A DNA stretch of 64,000 bases from NCBI GenBank assembly GCA_046483985.1, contig JAWOCD010000090.1, positions 32,001 through 96,000 of the forward strand. The letters are read 5' to 3'. Position numbers and translations under genes: made by a program. The notes beneath the pieces are model-generated. The model made no database searches, was not told where the DNA came from, and saw only the letters and a list, made by a program, of their open reading frames with translations. Source of the stretch: Promethearchaeia archaeon (GTDB lineage: Archaea; Asgardarchaeota; Lokiarchaeia; Sigyniarchaeales; SOKP01). Below, one piece after another: positions 29,584 through 40,713 of this stretch (position 1 is its first letter; the number at the start of each line of letters is the position of its first letter).

Positions 29584-30123
29584 TTAGTCAAAATAAGAGG
29601 AGATCTCTTGAAAAATATTATCGAAATGATCTCTATTTAATTTATAATATTTTAGGTGAGAAAGAGCAAGCAGATCATCCTTAACTGGATGATTTAATGT
29701 TTTTCCGATAGTGGCAATAATTTTCTGATTGGTGCGGAAACTAGTTTTTATAAAATCTTGAAAGAGCTTAGAATATAGTTCCATCTTTCCGATTTCATCT
29801 ATAACGAGTAGGAACTTCTCACTATTTTCTTTTTCTTCTTTGAGCTGTGGGAATAAATTCTCTTTGAGATATTCATTAAAGTTTTCTACATATACATTAT
29901 AACTTCCCAATTTAAACTCACTTTGGGGGCCTTTTTTATGTGCTAATAGGATCCTTTCTTGGGTTTTAAGATCCTTAACATCAAAACCCTCTCGTTTCCC
30001 ATTCATTCTTATCTCTGGTGTTAAAAAGCCCCTTAGTATATATTCTTTTTGCAAGTCCTCAATTAGTTTGCTTATTAAAGTAGATTTTCCAGAACGAGGG
30101 GGGCCTGTGATTAAAATTTTCAT
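29584..30123 (-). CDS. Nucleoside-triphosphatase, THEP1 family
   Basis: ITGPPRSGKST, GFLTPEIR, VIDEIGKME. Confidence 0.92.
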   Translation of the reverse strand: MKILITGPPRSGKSTLISKLIEDLQKEYILRGFLTPEIRMNGKREGFDVKDLKTQERILLAHKKGPQSEFKLGSYNVYVENFNEYLKENLFPQLKEEKENSEKFLLVIDEIGKMELYSKLFQDFIKTSFRTNQKIIATIGKTLNHPVKDDLLALSHLKYYKLNRDHFDNIFQEISSYFD

Positions 30124-30223
30124 GATAAATCTCGTTTAAATATAGACATTTAAATTTGATGAATTCTCATTATTCAATATATATTAAATATAATAATATT
30201 AAAATTATTTGAGTTGATAATGT

Positions 30224-31063
30224 ATGAGTCGTACTCATTCTGAAGGAGAATTTGAAGGAGAAAAAGGGTTAGACATTTATTATCAATTTTGGCTCCCAGA
30301 GAGTCCGAAAGCAATAGTGCAAATTGTCCACGGATTTGGGGAGCATTCTGCTCGCTATGAAAATGTCATCGAAAAATTACTTCCCAGAGGATTCGCCATA
30401 TATGCAGACGATCATCGCGGCCATGGGAAGTCCGAAGGAGTGACAAACTATGTAGATTCATTTGATCTATATGTGGAGGATGAAAGAATACTTTACGGGA
30501 TTATCCGAGAAAATCATCCGGATCTTCCGATATTTATGTTGGGCCATTCTATGGGATCGGGGATTGCTATGTATTTTACAAAAAGGTATGAAGATCTCCT
30601 AAAAGGGTTAATCCTTTCGGGAACTGGAACGTCAACCGGAGGGGAAGTAAGCGGGTTTCTGAAGTTTATGTCGAAAATACTCTCAGTACTTGCAAAGAAA
30701 TTAACCATAGATCCAAAATTGGATCCCGAGACTTTAAGCCATGATCCAAATGTAGTAAAAGCCTATAAAGAAGACCCTCTGGTTCATCATGATGTAATCA
30801 CCGCAAGGTTAGGGTATGAGATGATAAAATATTTTGGTAAGGCTCCCGAGGTCGTGAAAGATTTGAAACTCCCCATTCTTGTGCAGCGAGGAACCGCTGA
30901 TGAGGCTATGGGGGGCTTTAATGCCTTAAAACAAGCCTTCACCACCAATGACTTAACAATCCACGAATATGAAGGCCTCTATCACGAAATATATAATGAA
31001 GTGAAAGAGGATCGAGAAAAAGTTATTAATGATTTGTTAGAATGGATAGAAAACCATGTCTAA
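30224..31063 (+). CDS. Lysophospholipase/monoacylglycerol lipase (alpha/beta hydrolase)
   Basis: HGFGEH, DHRGHGKS, GHSMG, YEGLYHEIYNE. Confidence 0.93.
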   Translation: MSRTHSEGEFEGEKGLDIYYQFWLPESPKAIVQIVHGFGEHSARYENVIEKLLPRGFAIYADDHRGHGKSEGVTNYVDSFDLYVEDERILYGIIRENHPDLPIFMLGHSMGSGIAMYFTKRYEDLLKGLILSGTGTSTGGEVSGFLKFMSKILSVLAKKLTIDPKLDPETLSHDPNVVKAYKEDPLVHHDVITARLGYEMIKYFGKAPEVVKDLKLPILVQRGTADEAMGGFNALKQAFTTNDLTIHEYEGLYHEIYNEVKEDREKVINDLLEWIENHV

Positions 31064-31130
31064 CATCTAATTTATATTATATTAAATTTTTTTCTTTATT
31101 TTTAGAAACATAACAATTCTCTTAGACGGT

Positions 31131-31544
31131 TTATATCTGTGCCATTAAATCTTTGATTGAAAACGGTTTTTCGAGGAATGAATTAGCGCCCTTTTTCATT
31201 GCATCCTTTTTTGATTTATACTCCCCACTAATATAGATGACTTTATCCTTATATCCTATACGCCTTAACTCGATTAAGGTTTCTAATCCATCTTTAAAAG
31301 GCATCCTGTGATCTATAATGATAACCGATGGTTTCTCTCCAATCTTTTTGTATTGGTTAATCGCTTCTATTCCGTTCTTTGCCGTGGCTGTAACTCTAAA
31401 ATTTCGCATTTTTAAGATTTTTTCATATAATCTTACCAGTTCTTCATCATCTTCTACAATCATAACTGTTTTATTTCTATGGTCTGGAGAGCGATCAACG
31501 GGGGATGGCTGATGGTTAACATCCGAATGATTTAATTTGTTCAT
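31131..31544 (-). CDS. Single-domain response regulator
   Basis: IVEDD, IIDHRMP, DG, ISG, FLEKPF. Confidence 0.9.
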   Translation of the reverse strand: MNKLNHSDVNHQPSPVDRSPDHRNKTVMIVEDDEELVRLYEKILKMRNFRVTATAKNGIEAINQYKKIGEKPSVIIIDHRMPFKDGLETLIELRRIGYKDKVIYISGEYKSKKDAMKKGANSFLEKPFSIKDLMAQI

Positions 31545-31670
31545 TTTTTACTAATCAGATACTTGCGATTTTTAAAGCTAAAATATTGTTCTCAACAGAT
31601 AGAAAGGATTGTGGATATATAAGAAAGATGATTTTGTAAATTTTTATATCGTCTATCACGAACAAAATAA

Positions 31671-31700
31671 AAAACCGTCTTGCCATAGCAAGGCAGTTTT
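31671..31700 (-). terminator. Hairpin followed by a U-tract on the minus strand
   Basis: aaaac-c-gtcttgc-cata-gcaaggc-a-gtttt, about 100 nt downstream of 31800..32213. Confidence 0.35.
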
Positions 31701-31799
31701 CAGACGCCAAACCATGAATTTCACATTCGGAGTCAAGAAAGTGGAAAAGATTTTAAACGATGAAAAAATAACCGGACTAATTTTGTAAGATTCAACAAT

Positions 31800-32213
31800 T
31801 TACTCTTCGGGGTTCACGATTTGAACCTTAAGCGGTTCATTATTTAGTTTTTTTATATAGGTGGTCAAATTGTTCAAGAGCGGTTTTAATTCGGTCAATA
31901 ATTCCGACCAATATGCTCTTTCCACCATTTCTTCCTCGACTATCACCTTCTTTTTTCGAGCTCTCGTTGTTTCCGTGGTATGTGATCTCTGTTCTGTACC
32001 TTCTGGGGTAGTCTTTTGATTTTCGGGATTCTGATTGCAATAGGGGAGATGACTGGCAACGCGTTTAAATTTTTTGCCGCAATAGGGACATGGCTCCCCT
32101 TTTTTCTTTTTCTTGGCTTCAGATTTTCCCTCTTTTTGAGCAGTTGTCTCCCTGCTGAATAAATTTTTTAAAAAATTGATCTTTTCTTCTGGTAGATCTT
32201 TTTTTTCTTCCAT
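31800..32213 (-). CDS. Hypothetical protein with C2HC zinc finger
   Basis: CPYCGKKFKRVASHLPYC. Confidence 0.8.
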   Translation of the reverse strand: MEEKKDLPEEKINFLKNLFSRETTAQKEGKSEAKKKKKGEPCPYCGKKFKRVASHLPYCNQNPENQKTTPEGTEQRSHTTETTRARKKKVIVEEEMVERAYWSELLTELKPLLNNLTTYIKKLNNEPLKVQIVNPEE

Positions 32214-32216
32214 CTT

Positions 32217-32729
32217 TTATCCTCCTAATATTTCTTTGGCTAATTCTTTTGTAATCTTCTTCTTTTTTACGGCATTTTGAATAGCCGTTTTCTTTTGCTC
32301 TGGGCTGATATTTTCTTGGAAGAAATATATTAATGCGGTTTTAATTAAGTCCATAAAATCAGAATATTCACCATCACTCACTTCAGGCACTTCTTGAAGT
32401 ATTGTCCCGACTTTTTTGTCTAAGCGGACAGGAAAAATCATGGTGCTCTCATCTTCAATTTCAATAACCTCAGGTTCAACTTCAAATTCTTTATGCCAGA
32501 CAAAGGTCTTAAATTTATCAATCTTTTTTCTGGTATGGATTGTATCCCGTTTTTTGAGCCGTTTAAGAGCAGATTGGGCCTTACCCGATGTAAAATTTAG
32601 ACTCTTATATAAATCGTAAAAACTAATTTCCGTCTCCTGCTTTTTGAGAAATTCTAAAATTTCGTTTTCCGTTTTTATTGCGGCAATTTCGCGATCGGAG
32701 AGATCCAACTGTTTTTTATACTTTGACAT
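32217..32729 (-). CDS. Winged-HTH DNA-binding protein with RHH-like C-terminal part
   Basis: ILEFLKK...ISFYDLYKSLNFTSGKAQSALKRL; then IFPVRLD...YSDFMDLIKTAL. Confidence 0.7.
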   Translation of the reverse strand: MSKYKKQLDLSDREIAAIKTENEILEFLKKQETEISFYDLYKSLNFTSGKAQSALKRLKKRDTIHTRKKIDKFKTFVWHKEFEVEPEVIEIEDESTMIFPVRLDKKVGTILQEVPEVSDGEYSDFMDLIKTALIYFFQENISPEQKKTAIQNAVKKKKITKELAKEILGG

Positions 32730-32747
32730 ATCTTATTCAAAACCTAA

Positions 32748-32842
32748 ATAGTACTATCTAAATATAGATTTATTTCCTATTTAAGTCTTATCAATCTCAA
32801 AATAATCTGTTCTAATTAATTAGATAGTACTATCCAAATCTA
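32748..32842. promoter_or_regulatory. Two palindromic ATAGTACTAT operator-like boxes
   Basis: atagtactatctaaatata (32748-32766) and atagtactatccaaatcta (32824-32842), 76 nt apart. Confidence 0.55.
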
Positions 32843-33023
32843 AATATAATTCTCACTTTTCTCTCCTAATGATTAAACTTCCTTAATATATTGAGAAAGA
32901 TTTGATTTATATAAAAAAAGATACTATGTACGTATTTTTCGCATATTATTCAAAAATAATCTCAGATATACAAAAATCATATCTTTATTGTCTTATTTAT
33001 AAAAAGAAGCGATAGAAGGATTA

Positions 33024-34148
33024 TTATGCTTTATTACTTAATTCTTGGAATTTTAATAATAATTCTTTCTGTTTTTGATTTACTTCGCTGGGGATCTCTA
33101 TTTGGACAACTACATATTGATCTCCCCTTGTTTTCCGTCTTATATAAGGTATACCACGCTTCCGAATGCGAAATTCCGTCCCATGCTCGGTTCCCGGGGG
33201 GATGTCCAATTCTTTTTCGGCGATGGATTCATTTTTAAAATCTGGAGTCGGTACGGTAATCTCCCCCCCCAAGATTGCGGTTACCACATCTATCGAGGCT
33301 TTTGTATAGATATCATGGTTTTTTCTGGTAAAACGAGGATCGGACCCTATATCAACCAGAATAAAAAGATCTCCTGGAATAGCATCGTTCGTGGGGACAT
33401 GACCTGCGCCTCGTATTTTTAATAATACTCCATCTTCTACTCCTGGCGGGATCTCTGCCCCTTTAATGGTCTTTGTCTCTTTTATAACTTTTTTCCCGTT
33501 ACAAACTTTGCATTTTTTACCGATAATCTTCCCCGTTCCGTCACATTTATGACATTCACCTTCTCGGATGATGGTCCCAAAACCTGAGCGAGACATCTTT
33601 CTTACCCGTCCAGTACCTTTACAATTGGGGCATGGCTCTATACTGCTGGGATCCTCTGCACCTGTACCTTCACATTCATCGCAAGGGACATAACGTTTTA
33701 CTTTTATATCCTTTTTGGTTCCGAACAGCGCATCTTCAAAGCTAATTTTTACGCGTTTTTTAATATCTTCACCAACTTGCCTTCGTGGCCGTGAGCGCTT
33801 CCTAGATTTTCCTCCTCCAAATCCACCGAACCCAAAATCCCCGAACCCTCCGAAAATCGAATTGAAAATTTCCTCGATCCCAGGAATTCCACCGGAAAAA
33901 ACATCTCCGATATCCCCTTCCACGCCCCGAAATCCATACTGGTCGTATCTTCGCCTCTTTTCTGGGTCACCTAGTACTTCATAGGCTTCTTGTACTTCCT
34001 TGAATTTGGTTTCTGCTTCGGCGTTATCCTTATTTAAATCGGGATGATATTTTTTTGCTAATCGCCGATATTTTAATTTAATCTCTGATTCTGATGCGTC
34101 CTTATCTACTCCCAAAACGTCATAATAATCTCGTTTATTAGAACTCAT
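33024..34148 (-). CDS. dnaJ: Chaperone DnaJ
   Basis: [14 protein letters not shown] region, four CxxCxGxG-type repeats; start moved to ATG 34148 (MSSNKRD). Confidence 0.97.
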   Translation of the reverse strand: MSSNKRDYYDVLGVDKDASESEIKLKYRRLAKKYHPDLNKDNAEAETKFKEVQEAYEVLGDPEKRRRYDQYGFRGVEGDIGDVFSGGIPGIEEIFNSIFGGFGDFGFGGFGGGKSRKRSRPRRQVGEDIKKRVKISFEDALFGTKKDIKVKRYVPCDECEGTGAEDPSSIEPCPNCKGTGRVRKMSRSGFGTIIREGECHKCDGTGKIIGKKCKVCNGKKVIKETKTIKGAEIPPGVEDGVLLKIRGAGHVPTNDAIPGDLFILVDIGSDPRFTRKNHDIYTKASIDVVTAILGGEITVPTPDFKNESIAEKELDIPPGTEHGTEFRIRKRGIPYIRRKTRGDQYVVVQIEIPSEVNQKQKELLLKFQELSNKA

Positions 34149-34521
34149 AGTCTCAATTACTGGTTTGATTGTTTTATTTTTATAACTCAATATATAAAGT
34201 ATATTGTGAAATATATTTTTTTTTACTAAACTAAAATGAGGGGGAGATTTAAGGGAGATATTCACGAAAATAAGTACTTAATTGAAATACCCTTCCGAGA
34301 AATTTATAGTTTTTATCAAAAAAGTAAAATAAAACTCAAATGCTCCTTTTCTTTCCCTCTTTAAGTTTCGGGGAATAATTTATGCCTAAAAACTTCTCCT
34401 TTCTCAAAATTAAAGAGGCGATTTCAAGTTAAGAGTATTTTAAAAAAATAGAAAAAAATAAAGAAAGTTCGAATAAAACTGATTGTAGAAAAAAGAAATA
34501 TTAGAAAAGATTTGTTAAAAC

Positions 34522-36573
34522 TTATTCCTCCTCGTCCCAATCCACGTCAACGACGTTTTTACCTTCTTCCTCCTCCTTTTCTTCCTCCTTCTTTTTCTTA
34601 CCATAAGATGCGCCGCCCGTGCCTGTTGCTCCACCCATACCACCAGGGGGTACTCCACCGCCCATACCACCCATACCACCAGGGCCAGGACCACCTTGTG
34701 CGGCTCTCTGAGCTTGCTGGGCAGCTTGCTGATATGCTTGTTGTTGGCCTTGTCCTTGATAAATTCTTTGTGAAAATTTATGTAAAGTTTTTTGCAAATT
34801 TTCTGTTCCCATTTTTATCCTTTGGATGTCATCGCTTTTAATATCTTCTCGTAGGGATTCAATTGCATTATTAATTTCTTGTTTCTCATCATCCTTGAGT
34901 TTATCTTTGTTATCTTCAACTAATTTCTCCACTTGATGAATCATCGATTCCGCGTTATTTTTGGCTTTAATCTTCTCCTTTAGCTTTTTATCTTCTTCCT
35001 CGTATTTCTCAGCTTCTTCGATCTTTTTCTCAATTTCACTTTCTGAAAGTCCTTTTGCCCCCGTAACTGTGATCCCTGTCTCTTTACCGGTTCCTAAATC
35101 TTTTGCTGTCACGTGTACAATTCCATCCGCATCAATTGAAAACTTAACTTCAATTTGGGGGACACCACGTGGTGCTGGTGGAATTCCAGTGAGGTTAAAT
35201 TCTCCTAAAGAAATGTTATCCTTCGCCATTGCCCGTTCTCCTTGAAGTACATTAATGGTTACTGCGGGTTGGTTGTCGGTCGCAGTACTGAAAATTTTCT
35301 TTTTCTCAGTAGGAATTGTCGTGTTACGTTCGATCAGTTTCGTAAAAACTCCGCCTAAGGTTTCAACACCCAAGGATAATGGAGTCACATCGAGAAGTAA
35401 GAGGTCTTCTACATCTCCAGCGATTACACCCGCTTGGATTGCCGCTCCACGAGCGACACACTCCATTGGATCGATGGAATGTTCTGGTTCTTTTCCAAAA
35501 AACTTCTTGAATCTTTCTTGTACGCAAGGCATTCTGGTAGGACCGCCCACGAGGATTACCTTATCGATATCATTAACAGATAATTTGGCATCCGAAATTG
35601 CACGTCGCATTATTGGGTCTAATCGTTTTAATACAGGTTCTACAAGAGATTCTAATTTAGCTCGGGTAAGTTCCATCTCCAAATGAACGGGATCTCCCTC
35701 TTTCTGACTAATGTAAGGGAGATTAATCGATGTTGATAATGTGGTGGATAATTCAATTTTTGCTTTTTCCGCAGCATCATTGATTCGAATCATTGCTTTT
35801 CTGTCATTGCTTAAATCAATCCCTTCTTTCTTTTTAAATTCCGAAACTATCCAATCTTCTATTTTTTCATCCATGTCTCGCCCACCAAGCTGGGTATCTC
35901 CCGCCGTGGACAGAACCTCTACTACTCCTTCTCCGTATTCCATTACTGTTACGTCGAATGTTCCTCCGCCGAGGTCAAGCACACAGATTTTTAATAACTC
36001 GTCGGACACCTTATCCAATCCATATGCCAAACATGCAGCCGTAGGTTCATTGATCATTCGTTTTACTTCAAACCCAGCGATTCGACCAGCATTTTTGGTA
36101 GCTGTTCTTTGGGCATCATTAAAGTACGCAGGGACTGTAATCACCGCTTTTTCAATCTCCTCACCTAAGTACGCCTCAGCATCGTTTTTTATCTTTTTAA
36201 GGATCATTCCGCTGATTTCCTCGGGTGTAAATTCCTTTTCCTCCTCACCGACTTGCACTTTTGCCTTATAGTTTGTTCCCATTTTTCGCTTAATTCCTGT
36301 AATCGTTCCTTCGGGGTTGCTTACTGCTTGTCTTCGTGCTGGTTCACCGACCAACTTTCGGCCATCCTCATCAAAGGCAACATATGATGGAAAGGCTTTT
36401 CCGCCTAAGGTTCGTCCCTCAGCGGCAGGAATAATCTCCGTTTTACCAGAAACAGGGTTCATATATGCACATGCACTATTTGAAGTGCCTAAGTCGATTC
36501 CAATAATCTTTTCTTTTTTCTTCGCTTTTTTTTTCGCTTTTTTTTTCGCTTTTTTTTTCTTCTGTTCGCTCAT
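34522..36573 (-). CDS. dnaK: Chaperone DnaK (Hsp70)
   Basis: [45 protein letters not shown]. Confidence 0.98.
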   Translation of the reverse strand: MSEQKKKKAKKKAKKKAKKKEKIIGIDLGTSNSACAYMNPVSGKTEIIPAAEGRTLGGKAFPSYVAFDEDGRKLVGEPARRQAVSNPEGTITGIKRKMGTNYKAKVQVGEEEKEFTPEEISGMILKKIKNDAEAYLGEEIEKAVITVPAYFNDAQRTATKNAGRIAGFEVKRMINEPTAACLAYGLDKVSDELLKICVLDLGGGTFDVTVMEYGEGVVEVLSTAGDTQLGGRDMDEKIEDWIVSEFKKKEGIDLSNDRKAMIRINDAAEKAKIELSTTLSTSINLPYISQKEGDPVHLEMELTRAKLESLVEPVLKRLDPIMRRAISDAKLSVNDIDKVILVGGPTRMPCVQERFKKFFGKEPEHSIDPMECVARGAAIQAGVIAGDVEDLLLLDVTPLSLGVETLGGVFTKLIERNTTIPTEKKKIFSTATDNQPAVTINVLQGERAMAKDNISLGEFNLTGIPPAPRGVPQIEVKFSIDADGIVHVTAKDLGTGKETGITVTGAKGLSESEIEKKIEEAEKYEEEDKKLKEKIKAKNNAESMIHQVEKLVEDNKDKLKDDEKQEINNAIESLREDIKSDDIQRIKMGTENLQKTLHKFSQRIYQGQGQQQAYQQAAQQAQRAAQGGPGPGGMGGMGGGVPPGGMGGATGTGGASYGKKKKEEEKEEEEGKNVVDVDWDEEE
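36523..36558 (-). repeat. 12-nt tandem repeat x3 encoding KKKA in the DnaK N-terminus
   Basis: (cgcttttttttt)x3 on the plus strand. Confidence 0.85.
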
Positions 36574-36981
36574 TATATTGCTCCTCTATATAAATTGGTT
36601 ATTTGTAGTGTTTAAATATTACTTTTTTGTTTGATCGTGAATTTTTTTTTTTCTTTATAATGATCTCTAAATCATTAAGTTAAATAACATATTCTAAAAT
36701 TAAAAGATTTTGTATTCAGATTATAAATGCTCATATTATTGATGAAGTTTTATATATAGGAACCCGATCTATTCATATTAACTTAAGGATATTTAAAAGT
36801 CTTTTAATTTATTTTGAAATTGATCTCCTTAAAAAGGGGAAGGATATCGCAATTTGAATTAAAATTATTGGAAATGGTCTTTTTGGCACTAAAAATTAAT
36901 CTCAATAGAAATAAAAAAATTTAGAAATAAAAAATCATTCTTAAAAATCATAAGACTTAATATTTTAGGAGAAGCATTGGT

Positions 36982-37941
36982 ATGAATTCAAGTAAAAGTA
37001 ATGGTAAAGATAAGGATGAGAAAAACTCGTTTCAAAATATAGAGCATGAAGAAAAGAATGACGGAAAAACCTCCACAGAAACAATCAGTGAAACGCAAGA
37101 AAACCAAACAAAGGAAATACAACAAAAACATAAGAAGTTGAAAGAAGAAGGAATCTCAGAGCAAAAAAAGGCAGCGAAACCATCCGAAGAAGAGGAGGAG
37201 AAAGAAGAGGATGAAGAGGAGGAGAAAGAAGAAGAAGAGGAGAAAAAAAGCCGAGAAGAACTTTTATCAGAACTGAAGGAAAAAAACATAGAAGTCGATA
37301 AATTAAGGGATAAGGTTAAAAAATTAGAAGAGGAAAGCACTAAATGGAAGGAAAAATTTATGCATCTCCAAGCAGATTATGAAAATGCCCAAAAAAGATG
37401 GGAAAGAAGCAGAGGAGAACAAAAAAAGCAGCATATTGCAGCGGTTTTAAAGGATTTTTTACCCCTTTACGACTCGTTTGAAAAAGCTCAAGAAAACATC
37501 ACCGAGGAAAATGAAGAAGAATATGAGCACGTGATGCAATTCTTCAAGCAATACCTTAATATACTCAAGTCTTACGGCGCTAAACCTATGAAAGTTCAAA
37601 AGAATGATAAATTTGATTATAATTTTCACGAGGCACTCACAACTATAGAAAACCCTGATCTTCCCCGAAATACTATTGTTGATGTCATACAAGATGGATG
37701 GATTTGGAAAGATAAAGTTCTTCGCTATGCAAAAGTGGTTATTTCAACCAAGCCGAAACCGAAACCAAAACCGCCAGAGGAAAAAGAGGAGGAAGAAGGG
37801 AAAGATAAGGAGGAAGGGGAAGAGAAGGAAGATAAGGAAGAAGGGAAAGAGGAGAAAAAACAAAAGACGGACAATAAAACAGCTGACGAGACTCATGAGG
37901 AGAATGTTAAGTTGGAAGAAAACAGAGAATCAAAAGATTAA
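36982..37941 (+). CDS. grpE: Nucleotide exchange factor GrpE with long charged tails
   Basis: LQADYENAQKR, FLPLYDSFE, FDYNFHEAL, VIQDGWIWKDKVLRYAKVVI. Confidence 0.92.
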   Translation: MNSSKSNGKDKDEKNSFQNIEHEEKNDGKTSTETISETQENQTKEIQQKHKKLKEEGISEQKKAAKPSEEEEEKEEDEEEEKEEEEEKKSREELLSELKEKNIEVDKLRDKVKKLEEESTKWKEKFMHLQADYENAQKRWERSRGEQKKQHIAAVLKDFLPLYDSFEKAQENITEENEEEYEHVMQFFKQYLNILKSYGAKPMKVQKNDKFDYNFHEALTTIENPDLPRNTIVDVIQDGWIWKDKVLRYAKVVISTKPKPKPKPPEEKEEEEGKDKEEGEEKEDKEEGKEEKKQKTDNKTADETHEENVKLEENRESKD

Positions 37942-38137
37942 ACCCTTTCAATGTAAATAAATTTTTAACCTATAGCGAAAGAGGTTCAACGAAACTTATC
38001 CGAGACCGTGGTCACAAGATGGATCTTCAATTAATTTTAAAAGTAAACCATAAAAATTATGTTACAGAATAAATACTATATAAGTAAGGAAATTATATTT
38101 TCAAAACATAATACAAGATATAGGAGGCCAAATATAT

Positions 38138-38413
38138 TTGAGTGAAGAACCACAATTACCCCCCATACCTGACATAGGAAAAGTATTAGATCGGAAAGAT
38201 CGCTTCATAAATAAAGTATATTCTGTGATTAAATGTGCTGCTTGCCAAGATACATTTACCCGAGATTTCAAAGAAGGGGACTATACATTTAAAAGACTCA
38301 AGGATGAAGAATGTAATTCTTGTAATTCTTCGGAGTCTTTACAAATCATTGAGATATATTCAAAATGGATTGACCCGAAAAAGCAAAAGAACGAAAAAGA
38401 AACAGAAGAATGA
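38138..38413 (+). CDS. Small zinc-ribbon protein
   Basis: CAAC...RDFKEGDYTFK...CNSC...IIEIY. Confidence 0.75.
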   Translation: MSEEPQLPPIPDIGKVLDRKDRFINKVYSVIKCAACQDTFTRDFKEGDYTFKRLKDEECNSCNSSESLQIIEIYSKWIDPKKQKNEKETEE

Positions 38414-38859
38414 TTTCTCAAGAATTAGAAAATTTGATTGATCAAGCGGTATCAAGAGATTTTATTATCCATCCCATTACCGAGAAGGACAAGAAAAACG
38501 ACTCCTATAAAGCGATTTCCTTTACTCTCTCTTTTAATAATATAAATATTGAATATGCCAGAAAGGTGGAAAGTGAAAAATATCCCGTCATCCCCCGATA
38601 CCAGTATTTATTTGGGTTTTATCCTAAAGACGGGCTATGCCTTTACGTGAATAAAAAAGAACATAAAAAGGTTCTCTGCGATGGTCCATTAGAGAAAATT
38701 AGTAACTCATGTTCCTTAATTAATTCGTTAATTTATTTATTAGTTCCCTTAGATAGTTTTAAGGTCTATTCCTATCTTCCCGCTTGTTGCGAAATAAATT
38801 GTCCGAACAGTCCCAAACAATTCAATTTACGCCTTGATTTATTTGATGGGGAAAATTAA
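38410..38859 (+). CDS. Hypothetical protein
   Basis: 149 aa, ATGA overlap with the upstream gene, Cys-rich end. Confidence 0.65.
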   Translation: MISQELENLIDQAVSRDFIIHPITEKDKKNDSYKAISFTLSFNNINIEYARKVESEKYPVIPRYQYLFGFYPKDGLCLYVNKKEHKKVLCDGPLEKISNSCSLINSLIYLLVPLDSFKVYSYLPACCEINCPNSPKQFNLRLDLFDGEN

Positions 38860-38860
38860 T

Positions 38861-39637
38861 CTAACTCGTTTTTTTATAAAAATTAATAACCCCGTGACAA
38901 TTACAGGAAGTTGCAATGAGTAATTTAAAGTTCTTTTGTTTCATCCATCTAAAATTTTGTTCCAATTTGGTCAGAATGGACTGGACAACAGACCCTGGAA
39001 TACCCCCTAAGCCTCCCCTTAATTGTGTACTTTCTACTATAATCTTAATCTCTCTTTTCTGTTTTTGCAGATCAAAGCCCTTTTGAGCATTAAAAAACTT
39101 CAATAAATAATTCGTAATCGTGTTTGGTTTTTCCCTTTTTAAATGGGGACAATAATCGGGAGGTGCACTACAATTATCGGGACATACTTCATCTTTTTTT
39201 GCATAAGAAAGATATACCACACCTTTCGAATCCACAGAGTCTAAAAGAATGTCGGGTTTAATGTCTTGAATAATTTGAGTAACTCGTTTGCCATCGGAAT
39301 TAACATCTATGGACTCTCGGGCGAGATAATCAAGAATTAACTCCGCCAAAAAATGAACTGGGGCAACTGGAATAATGTATTCGGGATTAAGTGAATTTAA
39401 AATAGCCATATTTTCGGTCACATTCCCTTGAAAAAAAAGAATTTTTCCTTTTTCCAGTTTAGGGATATTTTGCTCCAAGCCGTGAATATCTTTTATAATT
39501 AACTCGGCAAATTGTACAGCATAACAGTTCGGATCTTTGTCAATGATGATAATATTGTAATTTTCTTGTTTGGCAAATTGTACGGCTTTCTTACCAAACT
39601 TTCCCCCGCCGACAATAAATATTGTGTTTTGAACCAA
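38861..39637 (-). CDS. Rossmann (TrkA-N-like) NAD-binding protein with Cys cluster
   Basis: IVGGGKFG, IIIIDKDP, CPDNCSAPPDYCP, ATSCNCHG. Confidence 0.75.
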   Translation of the reverse strand: MVQNTIFIVGGGKFGKKAVQFAKQENYNIIIIDKDPNCYAVQFAELIIKDIHGLEQNIPKLEKGKILFFQGNVTENMAILNSLNPEYIIPVAPVHFLAELILDYLARESIDVNSDGKRVTQIIQDIKPDILLDSVDSKGVVYLSYAKKDEVCPDNCSAPPDYCPHLKREKPNTITNYLLKFFNAQKGFDLQKQKREIKIIVESTQLRGGLGGIPGSVVQSILTKLEQNFRWMKQKNFKLLIATSCNCHGVINFYKKTS

Positions 39638-39709
39638 AAAAATCCCGTCTATTACTTTTAAGTTTCTTAACTTATTTTTAGTAATTAATAAGAGTGTAAA
39701 ATAATATTT

Positions 39710-40702
39710 TTATATCTCCTTAAACTTTTTCAATAGAGAATCCGCCATTTGATAAGGGTCTAACTCTCTGTCTCCAACTTTTTCCACTAACTCGTTGACT
39801 TCCTTATCAGTTTCCATAAGATTTTCAATTTTTTTTTCAATTTTAAATTTTAAAATCTGGAGAATTTCGTTTTTAATTTTGTCTTTAAGAAGAATCTCGT
39901 TGAATCCCGATTCTTCTAAAAATTTCTGGTGTTTATCCAAGATCTCCAGAAGATCATCAAAATTTTCACCAGTAAGTGAATTTACTTGAAGTATTTTTGG
40001 AGCCCATAATTCCCTTTTTTCATATTCTTGCATTAACTCATCGTTTTGATATTTAAACGTTTCATTTAATTCTAACATTTGCCGGATTTCGGCTTCCTTT
40101 TTATCGGCTCCTGGTATATCCATTTTATTAACTATGAAGATATCGGTTATTTCCATTAGACCGGCTTTGATTGCTTGAATGTCGTCTCCCAATCCAGGGA
40201 CGACTAATACCAGAACTGTTTGGGCTGATTTAAAGATATCCACCTCTGATTGTCCCACGCCTACGGTTTCTACGATAATTACATCACATCCGTACACATC
40301 TAAGATTTTTATTGCGTCATCGGTCGCCCGAGCTAATCCACCGAGTTGCCCCCGATTGGCCATACTACGTATAAACACGTTTTTCAAGGAAAAGTTTTCT
40401 TTCATTCTTATTCTATCTCCCAACAAAGCGCCACCAGTTAAGGGAGAAGTTGGATCAACACAAATAATACCCACGTTCTTTCCTTGTTTGATAAAGATCT
40501 TTGTAAGGTTTGAAATAAAAGTGGACTTTCCACTCCCGGGAGCCCCAGTAATTCCCAAGATATATGCATTTCCGGTTTTATCGTAAATGGAATTAATGAT
40601 CTTTTCCGCTGCTTGAATATCGTTCTCAACGAGAGTAATTAATCGTGCAGCGGCCCGAGTATCATGATCGGTAAGCCGTTGAATTAAGTCTTGATAAACC
40701 AT
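39710..40702 (-). CDS. meaB: MeaB/ArgK mutase-associated GTPase
   Basis: GITGAPGSGKST, VDPTSPLTGGALLGDRIRM, ETVGVGQSE, NKMD. Confidence 0.95.
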   Translation of the reverse strand: MVYQDLIQRLTDHDTRAAARLITLVENDIQAAEKIINSIYDKTGNAYILGITGAPGSGKSTFISNLTKIFIKQGKNVGIICVDPTSPLTGGALLGDRIRMKENFSLKNVFIRSMANRGQLGGLARATDDAIKILDVYGCDVIIVETVGVGQSEVDIFKSAQTVLVLVVPGLGDDIQAIKAGLMEITDIFIVNKMDIPGADKKEAEIRQMLELNETFKYQNDELMQEYEKRELWAPKILQVNSLTGENFDDLLEILDKHQKFLEESGFNEILLKDKIKNEILQILKFKIEKKIENLMETDKEVNELVEKVGDRELDPYQMADSLLKKFKEI

Positions 40703-40713
40703 CAGAACCCAAT

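Noticed and set aside
34512-36634. Long plus-strand ORFs opposite dnaK, and similar shadow ORFs elsewhere
   Set aside because: Antisense shadows of well-supported genes.
37968-38030. Possible small RNA after grpE
   Set aside because: Only short, weak stems and no recognisable family motif.
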